Virus record (IMG/VR): IMGVR_UViG_3300045988_183505
Location: 1 to 64,000 of that record
Reading direction: 5' to 3' (one strand)
Source: a virus
Length of the DNA: 64,000 bases
Part shown: piece after piece, positions 53,373-62,766 of the stretch
Numbering within the stretch: the stretch's first letter is position 1
Layout of the letters: the number at the start of each line of letters is the position of its first letter
Notes under the pieces: generated by a model
Databases searched by the model: none
What the model was told of the DNA's origin: nothing
The model's input: the letters and a program-made list of their open reading frames with translations, nothing else
Translations under genes and position numbers: made by a program

Positions 53373-54239
53373 ATGGGTTTTGCATCAAAAGAACAAGTTG
53401 ACACAATTTCAGCACTAACTTCGCAGCTATATCGCTACTACTCTACCGCCTATTATGAAGGAGTGTACAGCGGCAAATTAGATAAAGCCATTGAACACGA
53501 CTTGATTCCATGGCTTTTGGAATTGAAAAAAGAAGTGGAAGCAGAAGGTTGCCACTTAGATTCGATGGGGGTTTATTTCAGAAATGACAGACCTGTCTTA
53601 CAGTATGGCAGAACTGTCGTATGCAGTTATGACGCTATGGACAATGCCACTATGCGAAAGCTAAAGCTTCCGCTTACCGATGTTAAATTGGTTCGGAAAG
53701 AAGTAGAGGCTGACCTTTATCAGATGATAATGGACTTAAAATCTGGTATGACTGTGGAACAGTTTGCAGAGAAGTATCGTGGAAATGATATATACCACGG
53801 CGTTCCAGAACTGGAGCAGCACATACTGGAGCAGATAAGTTCCGGCAACAGTGATGACGTAACACTTAATGCTATAATCGCCAATGGAAAATCAGTTTCT
53901 GTTATTAGAGCAAATCTTCAATCAGACCTTGCCGTAGCAAAATTTCTATCTCAAAACTACCTTGTTCGTGTGGGATATAACGATGGTAAGATTGTTCTGG
54001 GAGATTCTGTTATAGACCGTTATGCCATTCGGGTTCGCTGTATAAAAAGTGACGCAAATGCAAGTTTCAAAAAAGACCCACTCAAAATCAAATGTTTTGA
54101 GGTGGATTTGAAATTTGCAAATGGGAACAGAAGTTTACTGACATTTAGACCGAGTGATAGCCCTTTTTATGTTCCGCAAATAGAAAAGGTTTTAACTGAA
54201 AATGCAATTGGAGAGGAGAAGAAACAACGTGGACGGTAA
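53373..54239 (+). CDS. hypothetical protein, ends EEKKQRGR
   Basis: 288-aa ORF. Confidence 0.55.
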   Translation: MGFASKEQVDTISALTSQLYRYYSTAYYEGVYSGKLDKAIEHDLIPWLLELKKEVEAEGCHLDSMGVYFRNDRPVLQYGRTVVCSYDAMDNATMRKLKLPLTDVKLVRKEVEADLYQMIMDLKSGMTVEQFAEKYRGNDIYHGVPELEQHILEQISSGNSDDVTLNAIIANGKSVSVIRANLQSDLAVAKFLSQNYLVRVGYNDGKIVLGDSVIDRYAIRVRCIKSDANASFKKDPLKIKCFEVDLKFANGNRSLLTFRPSDSPFYVPQIEKVLTENAIGEEKKQRGR

Positions 54240-55317
54240 TCAATCTATCAATCAGATGTTAGCAATCCACAAGGAGCAGGAACTGGAAATTCAGAACATG
54301 GATTTTCAGAACCTGTCCGACCATGACAAACAAGTTCTTGCTGAATATGCAGAAACCAAAGTGTTGCTGCATAATACAGCAAATGTAATTCAATTTGTCC
54401 AAAACTCTGCACAGGTTATTACAGACGAAAATGGACAAAAGCAGGCAGTAGGTATGCTGGATAAGGAATCTTATGCGGAGCTTTCTGTATTTGCTACCAT
54501 GAATCAAAATCCGGAACTTCTGGAAATGGCGAAGCAAAGTCAGATAACCGAACTGCCGCTTTCTGAAAAAGCTGCCCTCTGGGAAAAAGGGGAGAACACG
54601 CAGCAAGAAATTTTGCTTCACACGCCAGCTACTGTTGATAATTTTGTAGAAGCTGGATACGACAGTTTCTATGTTGGAGATGGCACTGTTGAAGTGCTGG
54701 ACGCAACACTTGCAGATGCGATGGAGCTGATGAAAGATTATGGTATTGACCAATCTGATGTGTATAACAGTACACGGGAACAATTCCGACTGATGCAGGA
54801 ACAGCAGTCACTTGTGAACTATGAATACACCGAAAAAGAGCAGGAACTTTCTGAGGAAAATGAATATTTACAGCGGCAGATGGAATTACAGGAAATTGCA
54901 AAACAAGCCGTTGAAGAAAACTACTCCAAAGATGATAAAGACGGTTTGCAGGAACGGTTCTCTCTCACTACAGAAGAAGTTGCTGCCGTTGCTGTTGCAA
55001 TGCAGACTTACGAATGGATAAAGCTTGCAGAAGCATGGGAACAGGAGAACCTTGCCGAGAAAACAAAAGAACAAGAGCCTGCTGAAATCGTAGAAAGCTC
55101 TGATGGGTATGTCATGGCAATGAGCAAAATGACACCGCAGAATGAGAAACAGCTGCAATCCAGAATTGAGAACGGCAATGAGGTAATTCATCATGAAACA
55201 GCAAGGGAAACAACAACAGACCCTGCACAGGTGAAACCGAATGTAAAGCTGGAAACAGCTCAAAACAAAGGCACACAAGAAAAGAAAGCAAGACAGGTAG
55301 ATTATGACAGGGATTAA
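54202..55317 (+). CDS. acidic hypothetical protein, ends KKARQVDYDRD (start uncertain)
   Basis: 371-aa ORF. Alternative starts are a GTG at 54229 after GGAGAGGAG and an ATG at 54256. Confidence 0.55.
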   Translation: MQLERRRNNVDGNQSINQMLAIHKEQELEIQNMDFQNLSDHDKQVLAEYAETKVLLHNTANVIQFVQNSAQVITDENGQKQAVGMLDKESYAELSVFATMNQNPELLEMAKQSQITELPLSEKAALWEKGENTQQEILLHTPATVDNFVEAGYDSFYVGDGTVEVLDATLADAMELMKDYGIDQSDVYNSTREQFRLMQEQQSLVNYEYTEKEQELSEENEYLQRQMELQEIAKQAVEENYSKDDKDGLQERFSLTTEEVAAVAVAMQTYEWIKLAEAWEQENLAEKTKEQEPAEIVESSDGYVMAMSKMTPQNEKQLQSRIENGNEVIHHETARETTTDPAQVKPNVKLETAQNKGTQEKKARQVDYDRD

Positions 55318-55330
55318 AAGAAAGTAGCCT

Positions 55331-55352
55331 TTGGTATATCTTGTTATACCAA
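55331..55352 (+). other. second copy of the oriT-like hairpin, inverted relative to copy 1 (TTGGTATA-TCTTGT-TATACCAA)
   Basis: The 25-nt stretch 55331..55355 is the exact reverse complement of 39069..39093. Confidence 0.6.
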
Positions 55353-55441
55353 TACTACTATTATTTGCCCTATTTATTTTTATCAAAAAATAACGAAAAA
55401 CCACCTGTACAACAACTCATAAGCAAGACGAAAGGATTCAT

Positions 55442-55825
55442 ATGAATAGCTTATATAACATTTTTCAAAATGAAAAAGAGCGGAATCCGGATATGACCGT
55501 GTACTACAACAAGCAGACGAACTCTATCTCTTATCGGAATGAAGAAGGCACTTTGACAGCATTGTTTCGTGGAGAGAATGAGTATTTCTACTTCAAATCT
55601 CCAAACAAAAAGCCGGAAGAAATGCAGACCAATATCGGAGATATGATTCTTAACACCTATGGTGAAAAGAATGGCATTATCCGTGGCAGAATGCAAAATG
55701 AATTTTTCGATACGCCGGAACGATTTAAGCGTCTGGCAAAAGATTATCAGAACTGCCGAGATGAAATCGGCATTGATGACAACCCTAAGAAATCAACAAA
55801 GCGTAAAAACGTAGAAAGGGATTAA
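55442..55825 (+). CDS. hypothetical protein, ends KKSTKRKNVERD
   Basis: 127-aa ORF with RBS GAAAGGA. Confidence 0.55.
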   Translation: MNSLYNIFQNEKERNPDMTVYYNKQTNSISYRNEEGTLTALFRGENEYFYFKSPNKKPEEMQTNIGDMILNTYGEKNGIIRGRMQNEFFDTPERFKRLAKDYQNCRDEIGIDDNPKKSTKRKNVERD

Positions 55826-55827
55826 GT

Positions 55828-56118
55828 ATGAGCATGGAATCAAAAACCTATGAGAATGTGTATCTCGCATTCTCCCCTGACAAAGATGTGGAATTTCTGA
55901 ATGACAATCTGTCGAAACCGATTATCGGCACATTGAAAATCAACTTCAAAGAAACTCATATGTCTTTTACCTTCCGCAGTACGAACACGAAGGAAATTTA
56001 CCATGATGAAACAACAATGGCATCTTCTCCGGACGAAATTGTTGTGGACAATGAATTTGTTCTTCCCTGCGAAGAAGGAAACTGGATATTCCGTTTTGTA
56101 GATGATAGAAAGGAGTAA
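55828..56118 (+). CDS. hypothetical protein
   Basis: 96-aa ORF. Its start lies 2 nt after the upstream stop, and the SD sequence sits in the upstream gene's tail codons. Confidence 0.5.
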   Translation: MSMESKTYENVYLAFSPDKDVEFLNDNLSKPIIGTLKINFKETHMSFTFRSTNTKEIYHDETTMASSPDEIVVDNEFVLPCEEGNWIFRFVDDRKE

Positions 56119-56122
56119 ATGA

Positions 56123-59100
56123 ATGTCAAAGCTAAGAGATGTTGGTAATCAGGAAGAAATGATGGCAAAAGACAAAGCCGAGGAACGCCGCATATTCAGA
56201 GAAATGCTTTCTGGTATGACAACGGCAGAACGTAATTCTCTGATTACAAAAGATAAGCTGTTCCCCCCGATTCACTATCAGGCAGAATCTGAAAAAGGCA
56301 AAGACAGAACCGTGCTGTATTTCATGAAAAAAGTACGTGATGCTCTGCCGCCCAGACCTAATATTCCCAACATTCCGTATGGTGCGTCAGCCGAAGCAAA
56401 AGAACAAATCATTCGTACTGCACAGGACAAATATATTGATATGATAAGCGGATATTGTGACCTTATCCAAGAACTCGATTCGCTTGAAGACTGTCGCAAT
56501 TTTCCTAATCGTGTAAAAGAAGAAGGCGTGTCTACCACTCTCCCTAAATCAAGGGACACATATAAATTGACAAAAGCAATCTGCTGTGCCAATGACACTG
56601 TTTCTTTGCGTAGGGAAAGCGAAAGAAAGCAGTTCTGCTTCACTCCAGAAGAAAAAGCACTCGCCGACTATCAGATTCTCACTTATAACGGAGAAAATGT
56701 AAAGGTCAAGCAAAATTACCGGAATGAAGATTATTTGCATATTTCAGGATTCGGGTATCGGCGTAGCATATTCAATGCTCCCCCTGAATTGCTGAATATG
56801 GATAATTGGAAAGAAGGTACTTCCTTTGCGTTCAACATAAAAAACAGTGAGATTATCGCTGTCAATTCTGAATCACAAGAAGCTGTACGAGAAAAAATCA
56901 TCGAATACGAATTTGCTAAAGCAGCCGCAGTGAAGGAAGCTAAAAAAGGGACTGGAACAAAACGCCTCATTCCTCCCCCTCTGAAACATATCCGTGAATC
57001 AGCGACAGACTATCGTGACAGCAAAGATGCAACACAGGAAGATTTGATGGCTACATTCCAATTGAAAGCAGTTGCATTCGGCAATTCCATGCCGAACGAT
57101 GAACGGCAAACACACGCAAATTTTTGCTATGACGCATTCAAAGACCTTGCCAAAGCGATGAATGTTGCTGATGAAGATATTGGCTTAGGCAATAGAATCG
57201 GAATGCAGTACGGAGCAAATGGCAGAGGTGGTAAAGGAGCGGCAGCTGCTCACTACTCTATTTATGCACACAACATCAACCTGACCCGAATGAGTGGTGC
57301 AGGAAGTCTGGCACATGAATGGGGACACGCTCTTGACCATTTTATCGGGGAACGCATCGAAACATTTGAAATTACCGCTTCGGAAGGAGCAGCAGACCAC
57401 TTCGATAGCAATAATCCGATGTGTGGTGTAATGCGTGCTATCAAATACAAAGAAGTTGATGGCAAAACCGTTCCTACAGATTACCTGAACGCAGCGAATG
57501 AGCTTGATGCCACTTATTCCAAAACCGGTAATGGTTACTGGAACAGCGATGTCGAACTTTTTGCAAGAGCCTTTTCCTGCTATGTCAAGGATAAGCTGTC
57601 TCCTGACAATTCTGATTATCTTTGCGGACACACTGACTGGTATGCTCAGGGAGAACAAGGCAAGGTTGCTGTAATGCCTCTTGGTGAAGAACGTCAGCAT
57701 ATCAATGAAGCGATTGATAAAATGCTGGAGACCTTAAAAGAAAGAGGAATCCTGCACGAACGTCCGGAACAGGATAAATCAAAAAGCTTCACCCCTCTGG
57801 AAGTTGAAGATGAGCCGAGGAAAAAGAGAGAACCGTCACATAAATCTGCATCTTCTACCCCGAAAGAAAAACCGGAGCAGTCATCAGAGGACAGCAAACA
57901 GCTTACTTTAGACGATATTGAAGGGCAAGAACCAGAAGCTCCCAGCACTGAGGCTGAGAACAATCTCCAGCAAGAGTTGGAAGAACTAAAATCAGTTCTG
58001 CAAGCGACAAATGATGCTAAAGAGCTGGCAATTGGTGATGTTGTTCGCATGGACGGCTACAAGGCATTGGATAACAAATTCAACCTTGTAGAAATTCCTA
58101 GTGCCTACGGTGTGGTTACAGAAGTGAGTGATGACCATATCTCCTTTGATACTTACAAGGATAAAGATGCAAAGGACTTTACTGGGAAAGAGACTATGTT
58201 CAGCACTGACGGCAATCCGTGGCAGCAACAGCTTGCCAGCCGTGGCTTTGAACTTGTTTCAAAAGCAGAACCGGTAAAAGAGGTTGAACAACAGGTCACA
58301 AAAGAAACAGAGACAGCAGAACCGGAAAAGAAAGAAGAACCAGTTATTACTCCCCCACCAACGGCAGAAGATACGAAAGGAGAAAATAGCGAGATGAAGG
58401 GAACGTTCCAGCATAATACAAATTTGGATATGCTGAAAGATACGCTGGAAAAGCATGAACCTTTTGTGGCGATTGCAGTAAGCACAACAGGAATTGACCG
58501 TAAAGATTTTTCAGGGCATGAGCCGATTCGTGTTGCAGTTGCTCGATACGAATATGACGAATCCGTAGCTGCTTATAAGCCAAGCCTTTCTTTTGATGAA
58601 CAGGTACTTGCAAATAAAGAAGCAATTCAGAATGCGGTCGATAACATAGAACACTACGATGTTTTCAAGAATGCAGGACTGGTTTTTCCGGAATACCGTG
58701 CGAATGCACTAAGCAAGGAAGATTTTCAGCAAAAGTTCAACAGCTTCATGCAGGCAATCAGTGATGATAAACCTCTTGTTATCGAAAATGGTAGCAGAGG
58801 ATTTGCAGCACAATATCTGGACAAAATCGGCTGTGCAGATACCCTGCATACTCTGGCAGAGGAACATCGTGTCATTCAGCAGACCGGTATCAATCAGGAA
58901 TATTTGCACACGATTAAGGGTAGCACATTGGAAGCCCTTCGTAATAAGATGAACAATACAGAAATTGAAGGCAAAATCATCGGTGCAGACAATCGTGTAC
59001 AGGTCATGGCTGAATGTGCTATTCAGTATGGCAGAGAGCAAAATGTACTGGAAAGCGATGTTCTCTCCCACCTCATGCAGGAAGACATTGAACGGAGAGA

Positions 59101-60766
59101 CGATTATTCCAGAAAAGGCGTAGAAAAATACCAGAACAGTGATATTGAAGGGAAATTTGCTACGCTTATTGAAATGGGTGCATTGAACGCAGATGCGGTC
59201 ATGGACAGAGACGGCGATTGCGACATCAACAAACTGTATGATGCTATGGAATCCAGTAAGGGCGTTATTGTGATGCAGGTAGCCACGACCGGCTTTGACC
59301 ATAATAAGCCAAGCCCTCAGCTGACAGGAGAACCGATTCAGATTACTGCTGCTGCCTACCCAATTGTCGATGGAAAAATCAATCCGGACGCTCCGGAAGA
59401 CAGCATTTCCTTTAACATTCAGGCATCTCCTCGTGCTGTAACCACGGCTATGCAACGTGCCGAACATGGTGGCTTTGACACATTCAAGGACGCAAAAATC
59501 AACACTTCTGAATATCTCAGCGGAAAAGGTGTTGTTTTGCAGGAAGATGCGGCGAAGAAAATCAACGAGTTTTTCCAGAAACATGATGATTACACCTTGA
59601 TTACCAATGGCAGTGCAAAAGGCTCTGATTACAGCTTTTCGCAGACTGCAATTTCCAACTTAGGAAATCTGCCGATGACACAGCAGAACTATGTGGATTT
59701 TACCCAAGCGGTAAAAGAATACAGCTATCAGCAGCTCCATAGTGATGCGATTCCGGAAAACGTAGCACTTGACCCGAACAATATTCAGAAATTTTCTCTG
59801 GGCGATATTGCAAAGAGCAATGGCGTACTGAATGTAGACGGAACACAGTACAAAGTTTACTTCATGGCACAGGTTGTAAGTAATGTAGCTGAACAGCATC
59901 GTGAGCTGACACAGCCAGAACAGGTACACACGCAAGAATCCCCTGCACAGGAAATTCCTACCGTACAGGAAACAGCCAAAGAAGTTGAACCGAACTTGTC
60001 TTCTGCTCCAGAAGCTCCTCAGAACACGCAGGAAGCCACACAGCCAACTTCTGAACCGCCACAGGTAAATCAGCCTGCTCCGGAAAAGCAGCCCTCTCCT
60101 GCCGCTGAAACACCTTTTATGGGCGTTCCAGAAAACACACCAGCAGCTGTACACGAACTGCCGACTGAAAAGCAGACTGATATTTCCAAGGACGACATTA
60201 CAGATGCACTTGATTCTGTCGCATTAGAGGGACAGGGTGTCGCTTATGACGAAGTAAGAGACGATGCAGAAAATGCGGAAAAATCTTCTCAAACAGCTCC
60301 GGAAATGCAAAGCAGTGGTTTTACCAATTCCGATGTCAGCAAGCTGATAGATGTTATTGCGGTTCAGAACACCGTACTCACCAAACAAAGTGAAGCATTG
60401 ATGGCACAAACCAATAAACTGGTAGAAGTAATGGAGACACAGAATCAAATGATACGTTCCATCATCGAGTTACAGCACAACAGCATGGGCATGGATAGAA
60501 CCCCTGTGCAGGAAGCCCCAGCCCCAATACATGAAGCGACTTCCGCAGACATTCCTGCTGCAAAAACTCCACAGGAAAAGCTTCGTGCTGTACAGGACGT
60601 GATAAGAGATGTTCGTAAGGAAATAAATTCTCCTTCCGGTTCTGTTGTTGACAAGGACATGAGCATCGTTTTGTCAAAGCTGTCTAATATGGCAAATAAT
60701 CTGGACAAGCAGGAACAGCAGCATAAAAAGTCTTCACCGCAGAAGGGCGTGGAGCAAGGAGCATAA
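56123..60766 (+). CDS. large polyvalent protein (1547 aa): zincin HEXXH domain, two DnaQ-like exonuclease-fold modules lacking the acidic catalytic residues, a P/Q/E-rich linker and a C-terminal coiled coil
   Basis: AGSLAHEWGHALDH (HEWGH at 57314..57328). FVAIAVSTTGIDRKD..EPIRVAVARY and VIVMQVATTGFDHNK..EPIQITAAAY parallel Exo I vvfDlETTGl..IiEiaa, with D and E replaced. Confidence 0.75.
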   Translation: MSKLRDVGNQEEMMAKDKAEERRIFREMLSGMTTAERNSLITKDKLFPPIHYQAESEKGKDRTVLYFMKKVRDALPPRPNIPNIPYGASAEAKEQIIRTAQDKYIDMISGYCDLIQELDSLEDCRNFPNRVKEEGVSTTLPKSRDTYKLTKAICCANDTVSLRRESERKQFCFTPEEKALADYQILTYNGENVKVKQNYRNEDYLHISGFGYRRSIFNAPPELLNMDNWKEGTSFAFNIKNSEIIAVNSESQEAVREKIIEYEFAKAAAVKEAKKGTGTKRLIPPPLKHIRESATDYRDSKDATQEDLMATFQLKAVAFGNSMPNDERQTHANFCYDAFKDLAKAMNVADEDIGLGNRIGMQYGANGRGGKGAAAAHYSIYAHNINLTRMSGAGSLAHEWGHALDHFIGERIETFEITASEGAADHFDSNNPMCGVMRAIKYKEVDGKTVPTDYLNAANELDATYSKTGNGYWNSDVELFARAFSCYVKDKLSPDNSDYLCGHTDWYAQGEQGKVAVMPLGEERQHINEAIDKMLETLKERGILHERPEQDKSKSFTPLEVEDEPRKKREPSHKSASSTPKEKPEQSSEDSKQLTLDDIEGQEPEAPSTEAENNLQQELEELKSVLQATNDAKELAIGDVVRMDGYKALDNKFNLVEIPSAYGVVTEVSDDHISFDTYKDKDAKDFTGKETMFSTDGNPWQQQLASRGFELVSKAEPVKEVEQQVTKETETAEPEKKEEPVITPPPTAEDTKGENSEMKGTFQHNTNLDMLKDTLEKHEPFVAIAVSTTGIDRKDFSGHEPIRVAVARYEYDESVAAYKPSLSFDEQVLANKEAIQNAVDNIEHYDVFKNAGLVFPEYRANALSKEDFQQKFNSFMQAISDDKPLVIENGSRGFAAQYLDKIGCADTLHTLAEEHRVIQQTGINQEYLHTIKGSTLEALRNKMNNTEIEGKIIGADNRVQVMAECAIQYGREQNVLESDVLSHLMQEDIERRDDYSRKGVEKYQNSDIEGKFATLIEMGALNADAVMDRDGDCDINKLYDAMESSKGVIVMQVATTGFDHNKPSPQLTGEPIQITAAAYPIVDGKINPDAPEDSISFNIQASPRAVTTAMQRAEHGGFDTFKDAKINTSEYLSGKGVVLQEDAAKKINEFFQKHDDYTLITNGSAKGSDYSFSQTAISNLGNLPMTQQNYVDFTQAVKEYSYQQLHSDAIPENVALDPNNIQKFSLGDIAKSNGVLNVDGTQYKVYFMAQVVSNVAEQHRELTQPEQVHTQESPAQEIPTVQETAKEVEPNLSSAPEAPQNTQEATQPTSEPPQVNQPAPEKQPSPAAETPFMGVPENTPAAVHELPTEKQTDISKDDITDALDSVALEGQGVAYDEVRDDAENAEKSSQTAPEMQSSGFTNSDVSKLIDVIAVQNTVLTKQSEALMAQTNKLVEVMETQNQMIRSIIELQHNSMGMDRTPVQEAPAPIHEATSADIPAAKTPQEKLRAVQDVIRDVRKEINSPSGSVVDKDMSIVLSKLSNMANNLDKQEQQHKKSSPQKGVEQGA

Positions 60767-60769
60767 ATA

Positions 60770-61687
60770 ATGGGCAAAAGTTTACAACTAAGCTATGACA
60801 GAGATGCACTGTGCAAGGCAATCCCTATAGAAGATGTGATTCAGCTGTATGCAGGAATCCGGACAGACCGGCGAGGCAACATTTCATGCCCATCTCCGAA
60901 CCATGCTGATAAGCACCCTTCCACTAAAATTTTTCATGATTCCAACACTTGCTTTTGTTTCAGCTGCAAAAAAAGTTATGACCCTGTTTCACTTGCATTT
61001 GACTACAATCCGAATTTAAGCACTCCGGAATTGTATAAGAAGCTAACCGAAGATTTCGGCATACCACTGGAATCCGTCAGCAATATTCAGCAGGTGCGAG
61101 AAGTGGAACAGGCGAACCGTGAAAAGCGGTTTATTGACGTATTTCCACTCAGCGTTTCTGAGTGCAAAAGAATCGGTCTTGATGGTGTTCTCGGTGCAGT
61201 GAAGCCAGATGAAAACAGAGAAGATGACGATAAACCGCCAGAAGTTCAGGAACGCTTTCCGTCTTTGATGGAACTCTGGAAAACAGAGAAAGCAGCCGTG
61301 GAATCTCTTTTAATTGCGAAGTGCGATGATACTTTGGACGACTTGAAAAGTGAATTGGACTGGAAAACAGAACACTTCCTAAGTGTCTATAAGGACTTTA
61401 CTCCGCACAGTGCAGATTTTCAGGAAGCACAAAGAATCCATGAGGCGGTAGAACGCTATAAATCGACCGACACTCCTGTCAAAGTGAATATGATGTCAAA
61501 GCATGATGACGCATTATATACAAAATACGCCTTTTTCAAGGACAGTGTTGATGATTTGAAACAGCTCCGTGCTGAAATGTCCAGTGTCCTCAGAATCAAG
61601 GAGAAAGTGTTGAGCCAGCAAAAGGAACGGCAAAAGGAGCAGTTCAAGGGATTTCATAAAAAGAAAACAACCGTAGAAAGGGACTAA
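60770..61687 (+). CDS. CHC2 (DnaG-type) zinc-finger protein without a TOPRIM or primase catalytic domain, ends KKKTTVERD
   Basis: CPSPNHADKHPSTKIFHDSNTCFCFSCKKSYDPVSL matches CPFH....PS......f.CFgCg..GD. Confidence 0.65.
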   Translation: MGKSLQLSYDRDALCKAIPIEDVIQLYAGIRTDRRGNISCPSPNHADKHPSTKIFHDSNTCFCFSCKKSYDPVSLAFDYNPNLSTPELYKKLTEDFGIPLESVSNIQQVREVEQANREKRFIDVFPLSVSECKRIGLDGVLGAVKPDENREDDDKPPEVQERFPSLMELWKTEKAAVESLLIAKCDDTLDDLKSELDWKTEHFLSVYKDFTPHSADFQEAQRIHEAVERYKSTDTPVKVNMMSKHDDALYTKYAFFKDSVDDLKQLRAEMSSVLRIKEKVLSQQKERQKEQFKGFHKKKTTVERD

Positions 61688-61691
61688 AAAC

Positions 61692-62738
61692 ATGAGTGGC
61701 TATGCAATAGACAGCAATGGCAATGCTGTTGCTATCAATAATGCAAAGCAAATACAGATGGTACAACCTTTGGAAAATCGCAGGAAGGAGCTGGTGAAAT
61801 ATGTTTATCAGCTCACTCCCCTGCTCCAGAGTGCAGGGTTGAATGTGAATACAAATCAGTTCACTTTGTTATTTTCTCCAAACGGCATACTCGAAAAAAT
61901 TGTGCTGTTTGCCAAAATACCATTACAGTCTAACAGCCCTTTAGTAAAGCAGGCTTTTGAAGCAAGTACCCATTATGATTATCCGTTTCAAAGCAATCAG
62001 CAGAAGGCTTTTCTAAAAAGCATTTATTGCATTCAGGTAAACTACAAACCAACATGGTGGTATGTTAGTGCCGAAGTTATTACGTTAGAACGGAATATCA
62101 TAGACGGCATTTGGATTTCTGCCAAAAAAGAAGCCTCTATCCCTTATTATGCGTTTCAATCGAAATACCAGCTGAAAAGTGTCGAACAGCCAATCCAGTC
62201 GCCGCAGACGTTCTGGTGTATATCTCTTACCGGAGAATCTTTACCAGACAACGTGAACGACCTGTTCCCACTCATGGCACAGATTCCAAGTAAAAGTACG
62301 ATACTTGCAGATGCAGTATCAAAAGTAAATCAGAACATCGGAATTTCTGCAAAGGATTCCAATAGCAATCAAATCTCCAGCTGTTTAAGGCTGATAAATT
62401 CACCTCTGAATGGCAAGATATATCCTTTGTACAAGGAACTGAAACAATTTATTTCCAGAACATATCCGTATGCAGATGATGAACACGGTGCATTTAACAT
62501 CTCTTACAAAGATGATGCAATCCGTTTCCAGTTGCAGGACGGACGAAAAGCAGAGATATTCGTCAAGGGTAATGCTTCATCTCCCACCTTTGTCTCTGGT
62601 GGATATACCGTAAAGGGCATATCTGCTATGGAAGAAGCAATCGCCAATGGCAACTGCTTCCGTAAGACAACATGGTTTGATGCTAAAGCAAGCCCTTATA
62701 TCCTGCGTAAACCACGAAAAGAAAATAAACCGAAGTAA
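61692..62738 (+). CDS. hypothetical protein, ends LRKPRKENKPK
   Basis: 348-aa ORF. Its start lies 4 nt after the upstream stop. Confidence 0.55.
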   Translation: MSGYAIDSNGNAVAINNAKQIQMVQPLENRRKELVKYVYQLTPLLQSAGLNVNTNQFTLLFSPNGILEKIVLFAKIPLQSNSPLVKQAFEASTHYDYPFQSNQQKAFLKSIYCIQVNYKPTWWYVSAEVITLERNIIDGIWISAKKEASIPYYAFQSKYQLKSVEQPIQSPQTFWCISLTGESLPDNVNDLFPLMAQIPSKSTILADAVSKVNQNIGISAKDSNSNQISSCLRLINSPLNGKIYPLYKELKQFISRTYPYADDEHGAFNISYKDDAIRFQLQDGRKAEIFVKGNASSPTFVSGGYTVKGISAMEEAIANGNCFRKTTWFDAKASPYILRKPRKENKPK

Positions 62739-62766
62739 ATCATACGAAATGAAAGAGGGTAACACA

